Under the pieces are notes generated by a model. That model worked only from the letters and a program-made list of their open reading frames with translations, ran no database searches and had not been told where the DNA came from. DNA of 62,428 nt, counting the filler, from Diploschistes diacapsis (lineage: Eukaryota), in NCBI GenBank assembly GCA_023645945.1. It is 18 parts of 18 records of this genome, joined end to end, with 100 filler letters (N's around TTAATTAATTAA, not from the genome) between each part and the next. Parts side by side here need not be neighbours in the genome. Positions count along the whole stretch, not along the records: positions 51,446 to 53,567 come from JALAIB010002358.1; positions 53,668 to 55,783 come from JALAIB010002360.1; positions 55,884 to 57,998 come from JALAIB010002361.1; positions 58,099 to 60,213 come from JALAIB010002362.1; positions 60,314 to 62,428 come from JALAIB010002363.1; 13 more parts are not named here. The stretch is one strand, 5' to 3'. Positions 51,346-62,428 of the stretch are shown one piece after another. Position 1 is the first letter of the stretch; every line of letters begins with the position of its first letter. Made by a program: the position numbers and the translations under genes.

Positions 51346-51445
51346 NNNNNNNNNNNNNNNNNNNNNNNNNNNNNNNNNNNNNNNNNNNNTTAATTAATTA
51401 ANNNNNNNNNNNNNNNNNNNNNNNNNNNNNNNNNNNNNNNNNNNN

Positions 51446-53057
51446 CTATTATCAAACGCCGAATACTACCTTAATAACAAACACAGAGAAATTAAGAAAA
51501 TTTAAAATATATAATCATTCAACAACGAGACATTAAATGATATTCAGAGACACGCGGTCTTAAGAAAGAATCCTTAACTGAAAAAGAGGGATAAGGTTTA
51601 CCTATATATAAATAATTTTAGGACACGTAGACCCTTTAGAAAGCTCGATCACGTCAAAATCGGACTCTTTTTTATCGATAAACAATTCGTCATACCGGAC
51701 GAAATTAAACGAGTTAATTATCGATTCAAGCTATTAAAGGACGCGAAAGTTTATTTAATGTTCTATTTTCGGTACCTCGAATTAACATATCTAGATATAC
51801 CGTTATAAAAAACCTTCTACTTCGAACCTGATAATAAAAATGAATACGAAGTCGAAAAGATTCTAGATAATAATTTTAAAGGATTTCTTATTAAGTAGAA
51901 AGGATACCCGTCGGAATAAAACACGTAAGAACCTTTAAAAAACTTGAGCAACTGCGGGAATAAAATAAAAGAATACCGTAGATTTATTAGTTAAGGAAGC
52001 CAGCTGGCTATATAGCGGTATTTTTACTTAATAAAGGCAACTCCTCGGGATTATTAGCGAAGAAGAATGGATTCCCGTTAAGAATCTCCGCCTTAAACAT
52101 CGATATATTAATTATAATGCGACCTAGATCTTTATTTTCCGCAGCTAATGATTCCGTTAAATATTCTGTTTTTGTATTAACATAGATTTATGCTTTTTAT
52201 AAAAGAAGTTTGTTTCGCTCGATGCGACGAGTAAGTTTAAGAAATCGGTTAGTATTTTCTTGTATAAACCGTTTTAATATATCTTATGTTTGTTCTAAGC
52301 GAGCCTATGATATTTCTACGTAAGGACGATTACGGCGTACATATTTCGAATATTTCAGGATTTTAGAACCGGATGGTATAACGAAACAGGACTTATCGTT
52401 AAAAAAATAATGTTTATAAGAAGAAGTAATAAAGATTTTGTAACGAGCGATGGAACGGGAAAGTTGGATTCGTTCAACGGACCGGTTACGAGAAGTTAAA
52501 AGAGATATCGTTATTTTACGACTTAGGATTCTCTTTTGTTTAGTATTTATATTAGATTTTTCGGCGAATCATCGGGCCGATGATACTAAAAAAAAGGGAT
52601 AATGTTACGATTTAAATACTAGACTTAACACGTCTTAGTTTTATATATAGATTAATCACGGGATTAGGGGTCACGTGATGCGTTTATTACTCGCGTTTAT
52701 TTTCGTGAGCGGCGAGCGAGCTTTCGCTATCGCTCAACGATCGCGTTTATTTTTATAAACGGCGAGCTTCGGGGGCATCGTTCGCTAAACTTACGGTAAG
52801 CGGCGAGCGAGCTAATTATATATAAGCACGACTTTATTTTCGTGGAAGAAAACGTGTTCATTTTTATAAATATCTTAAGTTATTACTCGGGATCAATCTA
52901 TATTCGTTACTTTTATTATCTTAAAACCTTCTTTCTAGAAACAGTCCAAGACTTATAACTACTCTATCTTCTTTTCCTACCACATTCCTCTTCTAACAGA
53001 GACCAAACCCACCTTGATCCTACTCGTGTATACCTTGTATAGATAGAGATCATAACA
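51446..53057 (+). mobile_element. Chromovirus 3' region: integrase tail, chromodomain, antisense ORF, PPT, 3' LTR (52603-53057)
   Basis: KLDHVKIG, EYEVEKILD...FLIK(W)KGYPSE*NT(W)EP..NLSNC; PPT AAAAAAAGGGATAA; TGTTACGAT...GATCATAACA. Confidence 0.92.
51987..52508 (-). pseudogene. RIP-mutated antisense accessory ORF, ~170 codons (six-Cys motif + coiled coil)
   Basis: One frame: S(C)KH(C)FFNDKSCFV(M)PSGSKILK(C)SK(C)VRRNRP(C)VE(M)S(W)ARLE...LTRRIERNKLLL; bracketed residues restored by reversing G>A changes. Confidence 0.7.
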
Positions 53058-53667
53058 TACAGGAAATCGGCTTGAACGTACGATCTAATCCCTGACGCCA
53101 GATTAAATACTCGAGGATTTTTAAGAATTAATCTAAGCGAAAAAACAGCGTATATGTTTCGTACTTTAAGAAACATTATGGACAAAAAAGAATACCTTCG
53201 AAAAAAAGCCCTTATCGTTAATAATCGGAAACATTTAAATTATATACTTTTTAATAAATACGGAAATTTCGGGTGCGATTATTCCAGACACGAAACATTA
53301 ATATACGTCCTTTATAAAAAGATAATTATTAACGTAACATTCCAACGATACTATAAAGAAATACTATATAATAATAAATACGAGGATTATTATCTTTTAT
53401 ACGACTATAAGATAAAAAGATGTCCGATTAATATCCATAACGGAAAATAAAAAAAAAAAAAAACGTATCCATTAATAATAAAAGGAATTATTATAATAAT
53501 AAAATTCTATTTCGCATACAATATTTATCGTATAAAAAAGTATAAATATTTAGATCACGCGGAATTCNNNNNNNNNNNNNNNNNNNNNNNNNNNNNNNNN
53601 NNNNNNNNNNNTTAATTAATTAANNNNNNNNNNNNNNNNNNNNNNNNNNNNNNNNNNNNNNNNNNNN

Positions 53668-55783
53668 GGTTAATAATAAAACCTATTATAATTATCATAA
53701 GAAGAAATACTTCGTTAATAATTACCCCGATCGCGAATTCAAGTCTAGAAAAAAAATAATTTTTATATAAGCTTTAAATAAAGGATCTAACGTATAAATA
53801 AGCGATAACGACGATGAATCGTTTTAACGGCATAATCGAACGATTATAAAAGCTTTAAATAAAAAATTCTTAACGGCGCCCGCCCTTACGTCAGATGCAA
53901 TATTAAAGAAAAAATATAAAAGCTTTAAGACTTCGACGCTAATTAATACGGAAATTAACCAAATATACTTTATCGATAAAAAATTCGCCGAATATATTAA
54001 AAAACGATTCGACCTCGCCTCGATAAAGCTATCAAAAAAAAATATTTACGTCGACGATAAATTATAGAAATCGATCTAGGCTGGCCGTTTCGTGCCACGG
54101 ACACTGACACGGATACTGCAGCAAAAATTTTCTCGGCACGGATACTGACACGAACACTATACTGCGGTGAAAGCAGGGACACGGACATCGCAGCAAAAAA
54201 TTTTAAAACACGGATACTAACACGGACACTATACTATAATAAAAACACGAATACAGACACCGCAGCAAAGAATTTTAAAACACGGATATTAATACGAACA
54301 TTATATTTCCGTGAATCTACGGACACGGACACCGCAGTATAATTTTTAAAAAAATAAAAACGTAAGAAATAAACGTGATAATTTTAGAATTATTAAAATA
54401 AAAAAGTTATTTAAAAATATTTCGATAAATACACGGACACGGATATTATAATAAAAAAATTTTCGATACGGACACGGATACGAATATTATATTATATTAA
54501 AAGCACGGACACGGACACTGTAGCAAAAAATTTTAAAACACGGACACTAATACGGACACTGCACTTCCGTGAATCCACGGACACGGACACCGCAGCTAAA
54601 AAATCTAAAACACGGACACTGACACGGCCGTGTCAGTGTCAGTAACGGCTAGCCTAAATCGATCATTTACGTCTTCTATCTATTAATCCAGCTAAAGAAC
54701 AATTCTAGCAATATAACATTCTTTTATATCTTATTGAAGATCGGGAAGCACCGCGTGATTATTAATAAAAATGACTTCACCTATATAACGCGGTAATAGA
54801 CTACGTTATTTCTAAAATAAGCTTCAAACCGAATCATTATAATTACTTAAGGTTACCTTCGGTCAAGAAACGAAAGAAAAGCGAAAGAATTTCAGCTATT
54901 CTTCGACTAAATTCCGAATTAATTAAAAACGACAGACCTTTAATCATCAAGATCTTACTACATGGTATAATAGATAAAGATAGTAGAATTAATATAAAAG
55001 ATTTAATTTACTTATCCGCCCCTCGTAAAACCGATAAACGAACTTATATGAATAATAATTCTAACCGAATCTTCGCGATTAACGCTATAGCCTTTAATGT
55101 CGCCAGTCGATAAACCGGGATAGAAATCTTTATCATCTCGATAAAAGAAATTAATTAATAATTACAAAAAAAGAAACGATAAGAAATGATAACGAAGAAC
55201 CTTCGCGATTTAATATTTAAAGATTATCACGATTATTTAAACGTGTTTAGTTATAAAAAAGCTAACGAGCTGCCCCCGTATCGATCATAATAGAACTATA
55301 AAATCGAACTAAAGAAAGAGGCCGTATTATTTAAATCAGTCCCATTAAATAGAATATCGATAGACGAACTATAGGCACTAAAGATCTATTTAAAAAAATA
55401 TTCACTAAATAAGTTTATTACGTTTAATTTAGTAGAATACGGGTCTTCGATCCTATTCGTAAAAAAACCCAACGAAAACGGATTAAGAATATATATCGAT
55501 TATCGAAGATTAAATAACATCACGAAAAAAAATCGATACCCTTTATTTCTAATCGCCGAGACGATAGCCCGAAGAACCCGAGCGAAGATCTATATTAAAT
55601 TTAATGTTATTTAAACGTTTTATCGATTACGAATAGTCATTAATAAAAACGAGAAATTATCGACCTTTTCGACGCCTCTAACCGTATGTAAGTTTAAAAT
55701 AATACCTTTCGGATTAACGACGGGTTTTAGCTCGTATTAATAGTTTATAAACGATAACTTTAACGATCTAATCGACTTCGTAT
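53668..55783 (+). mobile_element. Gypsy gag-pol relic (protease, RT N-terminus), interrupted by hAT MITE
   Basis: Protease TLINTE (LIDTG)...YFIDKKFA; RT SSILFVKKPN.NGLRIYIDYRRLNNITKKNRYPL, IPFGLT. Confidence 0.9.
54077..54656. mobile_element. hAT-type MITE with 8-bp TSD AATCGATC
   Basis: TAGGCTGGCCGT...ACGGCTAGCCTA; AATCGATC at 54069-54076 and 54657-54664. Confidence 0.93.
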
Positions 55784-55883
55784 NNNNNNNNNNNNNNNNN
55801 NNNNNNNNNNNNNNNNNNNNNNNNNNNTTAATTAATTAANNNNNNNNNNNNNNNNNNNNNNNNNNNNNNNNNNNNNNNNNNNN

Positions 55884-57539
55884 CACTGCATATTGGCCCC
55901 CAACTTATTCATCGTCTCCACCCACTCCTCATACTCGTTGGAATCAAACACAATACCTCCGCCCGCCTGGAGATACGCCACGCCATCCTTCACCATCATT
56001 GTCCTCAGCGCAATACACGTATCCATCGCCCCCTCCTCCTCCACCACCTCCTCGCTCCGCTCGTCCAGCCCCACGCTCCCGTACCCAAAATACCCCACCG
56101 CCCCCGCATACACTCCGCGCTTCTCACCCTCAAGTTCGGCGATCAACTCCATCGCCCTAACCTTGGGCGCGCCGGACACCGTGCCGGCAGGGAAGATGCT
56201 GCGGAAGGCGTCGAAGCGGGTCTTGCCGGGCCGCAGCTCGCCCGAAACCTCGGACACGAGGTGCTGGACGTGACTGAACTTCTGCACCGTCATGAGCCGA
56301 TCCACGCGTGTGGTCAGCGGGTCGCAGACACGGTTGACGTCGTTGCGCGCTAGGTCGACCAACATCACGTGCTCGGCGCGGTCTTTTGTCGAGGCTGCTA
56401 GCTCTGCGGCGAGGCGGGCGTCTGTTGCTGCGTCCGGGCCGCGCTTGACGGTGCCGGCGATTGGGTGCGTTATGATGCGGGAGCGTTTCGGGGCTGGGGA
56501 TGATGTAGCGACTGTTGAGGCGGTAGCGGGGTCGAGGGAGGAAGGATCGGTGGAGGGGATTGTGGGCTCGAGCTTCACGAGGAGTTCGGGAGAGGCGCCT
56601 ACAATGGAGAAGTCGGAGCAGGAGAGGTAGAAGAGGTAGGGAGAGGGATTGACGGTTCGGAGGTGCCGGTAGATGTTGAAGGGGTGGAGGGTTGTGGGGC
56701 GGGCGAAGCGCTGGGAGGGAACAGCTTGGATGATGTCGCCGCGGGTTATGTGCTTTTTGAGGGTGCTGACGTGCGCTTCGTAGCCGGGACGGCCGATGTT
56801 GGACGTGTATTTTAGGTTTGGCGCTATTGGGGGTTGTTGCGGTAGTGGTATTTTGGGGGACAAGAGGGTCTCGATGACGGACTGGATAATTTCTGAAGTA
56901 ACCTTGTAAGTCTCTGGCAGATCTTGAATATCCCGCGGAACGTGTAGATAGGAGATTATTTTAATAACTTGAAAGAAATGGTCGAAAGCGACTATCGTGT
57001 CGAATATCATAAACAGAGATTCCGGAACTTCCAATACGTCTTTAAGAGGCCTCGCTGTCCTTGGTTCAAAGTACCGCACGCAGTCATAGCCGACATATCC
57101 AATAGCACCACCGGCCAGTGGTGGCATCTTGAGCGACGGTATCGAGGCCTCTCGGTACTGAGCCAGCTCGGCTGCTAAGATAGGGAGCGGGTCCCCTGCT
57201 GGGCCATGGCCAGGTCCAGTCTTCAGTATCTTCCTAGGGTCTTGCCGTGTCAGCTTCAAACTTCACCCTTGGCTCAAAGAGTTACTCACTAGCTCCTGCG
57301 AAGCTGTATCGGGCAATGGTCTCGGTCGTTGCTGCACTCTCAAAGAGGAAAGAATACTCCGCTTTCGCTCCTTTGGAGAGCTTCAGATACGCAAGCGTAG
57401 GCGTCAGAAGATCAGCAGGTAGTGAGGCGCATAACGGTACGATGTTTGGTCCATTCTTAGAGAACTTGGAAAGGATTTCTCGGACTCTATTTAATGGTGG
57501 CTCGATCTTCGCTGTTGTTGACTGCGCATGGGAACCCAT
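55884..57539 (-). CDS. TRP2: Anthranilate synthase component I, 2 exons (57290-57539, 55884-57240), 3' end cut by contig end
   Basis: ADLLTPTLAYLKL, SFLFESA, GGAIGYVGYDCVRYFEP, GDIIQAVPSQR, NPSPYLFY, ASPE, HPIAGT, KDRAEHVMLVDLARND, FPAGTVSGAPKVRAM, QAGGGIVFDS. Confidence 0.97.
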
Positions 57540-57662
57540 CGCATCCAAGGGTTGGAGCGACAACTGCTGCCTCGTTTGAATGTCCTACGGGATTGGGTCT
57601 GTTTATTCGGTAATGTATTCCCTTTTGCAGCAAGGAGTCGACCAGGTAAATCCTCCTCGAGT

Positions 57663-57670
57663 GGAGTCAA
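57663..57670 (-). promoter_or_regulatory. Putative Gcn4/CpcA cross-pathway element TTGACTCC
   Basis: TGACTC core ~125 bp upstream of the TRP2 ATG; Trp biosynthesis genes are known cross-pathway targets. Short motif, may be chance. Confidence 0.4.
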
Positions 57671-58098
57671 AATCCTATCCTACACGATATTTAGCCCCCA
57701 AATGTAAAACAAACGGTCTCTATATAGCCGGTATTCATCTGAAAAGTTTCTACTGGATACAGATGACATAGATATATCACTCTGTCACTCTGTCACTTCC
57801 TGCCTAAGGATGCTAAATTTACTGCGCAGGGTGGTTAAACATCTCTGGACATCTCCAAGGTGTGAAAAAAACTAGCCGCTCCATTTGCGCCCCGCCTCTC
57901 CATCATTATAACATCTCCACCCCTTAATTAGCCAAAAGTCAAGCACTCCATCCATCTACTTTCTTCCTTCCATCCACAATAGCCAATCCACATCGAACNN
58001 NNNNNNNNNNNNNNNNNNNNNNNNNNNNNNNNNNNNNNNNNNTTAATTAATTAANNNNNNNNNNNNNNNNNNNNNNNNNNNNNNNNNNNNNNNNNNNN

Positions 58099-59765
58099 AC
58101 CGATAGATTAATAAAAATATTCGATTAACCGTTAAAGAAAATTACCGGAAATTATAATAAAATAATAACGAATTTAACGAATTTTTAATTTAATTTACGA
58201 TACTTGTAATCGAAGTAAGGATCCCCGAAAAGAATTAAATATTAAATATTTAAGAAAAATTAGTCTATCGTTTCTAGAATATCTTGTTAAGACGAATCCC
58301 CGAAACGATTCGAGAGATAAATAATGAACTACATACGCTCGACCGTTATCTAAAAATATAGAATCGTAACAAGACAATTACTTTCGCGGTTAACACCAGA
58401 AGCAATAATTTTCCCATTTTTCGTTCCCGTCGAACCTATAGGGATCGTAATAAGGAAAATATTAAAACCTTCGCCGACGCGAATAGCAAAAAACCGACCA
58501 TATTTATTAAAAAATAGGTCAATAACGAAACCTATTATAACTATTATAAGAAAGAATATTTCGTTAGTAGTTATCCCGAACGCGAATTTAAGTCGAGAAA
58601 AAAATAATTTTCATATAAGCCCTAGATGGAGGATCTAACGATTAAATAAACGATAACGACGACGGATCGTTCTAATAATATAATTAAGCGATTATAGGAG
58701 CCTTGGAAGAAGAATTCTCAACGGCGTTTATCCTTACGTCGGATGTAATATTAAATAGAAGACATAAAAGCTTCCGTATCCCGATATTAATCGACACGGG
58801 GATTAACGGAATATATTTTATCGATAAAAAATTCGCCGAATAATTAATAAAATAATTTAATTTCGCTTTAATAAAACTATTTAAGAAGATAAATAATACT
58901 TATATCGACGACAAGCCGCAAAAATTTATCACTCACGTCCTTTATCTGTTATTGTAATTAGGGAATCATTCCAGTAGTATAACCCCCTTTTATATTTTAT
59001 TTAAGATCGGGAAGTACCGCGTGATTATTAAAAGAAAGTGGCTGCATCTATATGGCGCGGTGGTAGACTATGCTATTTCTGAGGTAACCTTCAAACCGAA
59101 CCACTGTAATCACCTGGGATTACTTTCTGTCAAGGAACGAAAGAAAGTCGAAGAAGCTTCAATTATTTCTCGATTAAATCCCGAAATAATTAAAATCGAT
59201 AAGCCTTTAATCACCAAAATCTTACCGCGTGGCATAATAAATAATGGTAGCAAAACTAATGCAAAGGATTTAATTTACTTATTCGCCTCTCGTGAGACCG
59301 ATAAACGAGCTTATATGGATGATAATTCTAACAGAATCTTCGCGATCAACGCGGTAGCCTTCGATGTCGCTAGTTGATAGACCGGGATAGAAATCTTTGT
59401 TATCTAGATAAAAAAGATCGATCAATAGTTAAAAAAGAAAAAATAATAAGAAATAATCATAAAAAAATTTCGCGATCTCGTGCCTAAGGATTATCACGAT
59501 TATTTAAACGTGTTCAGTTATAAAAAAATTAACGAATTATTTCCGTATCGATTTTAATAGAATTATAAGATCGAATTAAAGGAAGGAATCGTGTTATTTA
59601 AATCGGAATTATTAAAAAGAATATTATCGGACGAATTATAGGTATTAAAAGCTTATTTAAAAGAATATTTAATAAATAAGTTTATTACGTCTAATTTAGT
59701 CGAATACGCGTCCCCGATCTTATTCGTAAAGAAACTTAACAGGAACGGATTAGATATACGTCGAC
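58099..59765 (+). mobile_element. Gypsy gag-pol relic (gag knuckle, protease ILIDTG, RT start)
   Basis: Colinear with 53668-55500; ILIDTGINGIYFIDKKFAE, YASPILFVKK. Confidence 0.9.
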
Positions 59766-59995
59766 TTGGCTGGCCGTTTCGTGCCACGGTCACTAACACG
59801 GACACTACAGCAAAAATTTTCAAAACACGGACACTGACACGGACACTATAGTTAAAATTTTAAAACACGGATACTAACACGGACATTATATTTCCGTAAA
59901 TTCACGGACACGGATACCGCAATTAAAAAAATCTAAAACATTAATATTAACACGGACATTTTATTATAATAAATCTATCGAAATATTACGGTAAA
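59766..59995. mobile_element. hAT-type MITE left part, interrupted by an LTR-like repeat starting TGTTGAGC at 59996
   Basis: TTGGCTGGCCGTTTCGTGCC plus ACACGG repeats. Confidence 0.8.
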
Positions 59996-60313
59996 TGTTG
60001 AGCAAGCAGACGGAAGGCATAGCTGTGAGCTCGGCTTGTTCCAAGAGGTTCACTAGGAGAACCCAGGAAGTTCAGTTCAAATGAACTTACCGAGGTTCAG
60101 TTTAATTCAGTTTAACTAAATTTCAAAAAATCCGATAGAATTTTAACTACAGCGATTAAATATACTATAAGTAATAAAGCTTAGCGAGTTTTATAAAATA
60201 TCAAAGTCTAGATNNNNNNNNNNNNNNNNNNNNNNNNNNNNNNNNNNNNNNNNNNNNTTAATTAATTAANNNNNNNNNNNNNNNNNNNNNNNNNNNNNNN
60301 NNNNNNNNNNNNN

Positions 60314-62235
60314 GGATTCAATCGAAAACTATATAAAACACCTCGAATCGATCCTAACAGAATTTAAAAAAAAACAATTTATACGCAAACCCTAAGAAGT
60401 ATCAAATCGGTAAAAAGTCTCTCGAATTTATAAATCATATCGTCGAAGATAACGTTATTAGATTAACTCAAAACAAAATCGACACTATTCTAAAATAACC
60501 TGTCCCTACGAATATTCATAAAATACAACAATTCTTAAAATTAGCCACCTATTACCGTCGATTTATATCCGAATTTACTAACATCGCATCGCCTCTATCA
60601 AACTTAATTAAATCCGAAGATACTCAGGCCCGTACAAACAAATATCGAACGATCATTTAAATTACTTAATATCAAACTACTTTTAAAACGTTAAAAATTA
60701 TCTTAACTAATAAACCAGTATTAATATAACCTAAACTACGCGAACCGTTTATAATAAACACGGATACATCCGAATAAACTTTAAGATGTCAATTACTTTA
60801 AAAAAGTAATAACGGACTACTTCATCCAGTTACTTTCGATAAACAAAAGTTATAAGATGCTAAACTTAACTATTCTATTTAAAAAAAAAGTTATTAACTA
60901 TTTATTTATTTATTTATTTAATCTTATTCTAATCTATCCCTCGGGGGGCATGTAGGACTAACTATGCGTCTTCTCTAAGGAAAAACCTCTGGGGTACTAA
61001 AACCTTAGAATTCGGCGTTTATCGCCTTACTGGCGATTCGATTCTTATCCGTTTTTACGCCGCCTATATTATCTCGTCGGGTTGTTGTTGTTTAGTTAAC
61101 CGGGGTATCGTAAAATAAAAAAAACGCGAGGTTATATTAGGCCAAACGGCCTGTGCGTATAATCTAGTCGGAAAGGATTCGGATCCTTTACGGGTTTATC
61201 GTTAATCATTTTTAGTCTAATTTTTTTTAATTTCTCAATTCTTCTCTATTATATAAGATATAGAAAATAATTATATATCGGATCGTTTCTAATCCGTCGT
61301 TATAGTGGTATTTTAGCGATTTAATTCCGAGGACGTTCTATTTTTTAAAATATTTATTTAATTCGTTTATACCGGTTCTTACTTAAATCGTTATTAAGCT
61401 TTCTATTTTTCTTAATTTTCGGTATAAATCGAGAATTTTACGGCCCCCCGGTATTATAACGATATCCTTCTTTCGCCCCCTCTCCGGGTCCCTTTCGTTG
61501 GTTTTCTTTTCTTTCTATTTTTCCATCCTTTTTATCCATTCTTTTTTTATCCATTCTTTCATTCCTTTTTCTTCTTTTTTTCTATCGTTTACCCATGCCG
61601 CCCGGAGTTGGGCTGGCGTCGGCTTGGTTTCTGCTCTCCGTCCGCGTCTTGGTCGCAGTCTTTTCGCTGTTATTAACTATTAAACACGCATTACGTCTAT
61701 AAGAACAATTATATCTTAAAAATAATACGACTACTACCGTAATAACAAATCATAAAAATCTAAAATATCTATATTCGACTTAAATAATCTCTAAAAAACT
61801 CGCTCGATAAATCGAAAAATTTAGAAAATACGATCTAGATATTCAATATCGTCCAAAACCTACCCAAATCGTACTAAATACAATCAACAAACGACCCGAT
61901 TAAATAAATAAAAAACCTACCAATATTACCTATCTCAATTCTCTTAAAAAAATAAATAAAAAACAATAAAAAAATTTTAATAAAATATATTCGAAACGGT
62001 ACGATCCCCGAAAGCAAAAGACTTCGTAATAAGATCTATCAAGATCGTACCAAAAAACAGTTTCGATTAAAAACTAATAAAGACGAACCGACTCAAATCT
62101 ATCGGATCTTCGAGGACGGAAAAGTTCCGTACTTATAATAACCGTTCCGAAATAACTTTTTAAATAACATACATAAGCAATACGAACATTTAAGACATCC
62201 AAATTTATTAAAAATCTATCGCCTAAAAAGATAAT
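60314..62235 (+). mobile_element. Gypsy pol relic (RT end, RNase H), interrupted by a LINE
   Basis: LATYYRRFISEF..IASPL, INTDTSE (TDAS), KLLTI|KHALR continuing across the insertion, DIQYRP. Confidence 0.85.
60903..61668 (-). mobile_element. 5'-truncated Tad1-like LINE with (TAAA)n tail and 13-bp TSD
   Basis: TSD GTTATTAACTATT at 60890-60902 and 61669-61681; relic (Q)VRTGIN, (C)H(C)NDGLETIR(H), (W)IIRTGRLA(Q)YNLA typical of the Tad ORF2 C-terminus. Confidence 0.88.
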
Positions 62236-62428
62236 TGTTACGATCCAAGGTACTAGTCGGTAGTACTTGGCACGCAACAACTAGTCGAGCACTTCCCAAC
62301 CATTTCTTATATATAGCCCAATTAGGGTGACACGGGTCACGTGATGAATAGAAGGTTTAGAAAACCATTCTACTCAGTCGTAGGTAGAAAGGAAGAACGG
62401 TAATTCTATTTATTTACTTATTTATTTT
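62236..62428 (+). mobile_element. Gypsy LTR (U3 variant A), partial
   Basis: Matches 36100 and 43516. Confidence 0.9.

Noticed and set aside
33593..62428. Giant mobile element (Starship-like) carrying TRP2
   Set aside because: Separate contigs joined artificially; no tyrosine-recombinase captain recognised.

Overview
Eukaryotic DNA from a filamentous ascomycete (Pezizomycotina-type genes, short GT-AG introns, RIP-mutated repeats). The window is not one locus. It is 18 contigs joined by 17 identical artificial 100-nt spacers (N44-TTAATTAATTAA-N44): seventeen ~2.1-kb contigs in non-increasing size order and one 24.5-kb gene-rich contig (8960-33492). The large contig carries RFT1, DBP3, a PIG3-like quinone oxidoreductase, RFA1/RPA70, a 12-exon dienelactone hydrolase, UBP14, ISU1, an orphan ORF, a degenerate pepsin-like gene and an STL1-like sugar porter. 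MGE1 and a 3'-truncated TRP2 lie on small contigs. Most other small contigs are nested, RIP-degraded transposons: chromodomain Ty3/Gypsy elements and their LTRs, Fot1/pogo and Tc1-type DNA transposon pieces, a hAT-type MITE with 8-bp TSDs and a 5'-truncated Tad1-like LINE. Most interesting: (1) a conserved antisense accessory ORF with a six-Cys (Zn2Cys6-like) motif and predicted coiled coil between pol and the 3' LTR in three Gypsy copies; (2) a Tf1-like self-priming signature in one LTR family; (3) a pepsin homolog lacking its second catalytic Asp; (4) the ACACGG-array hAT MITE family. All calls come from manual translation and motif recognition; no database searches were run.
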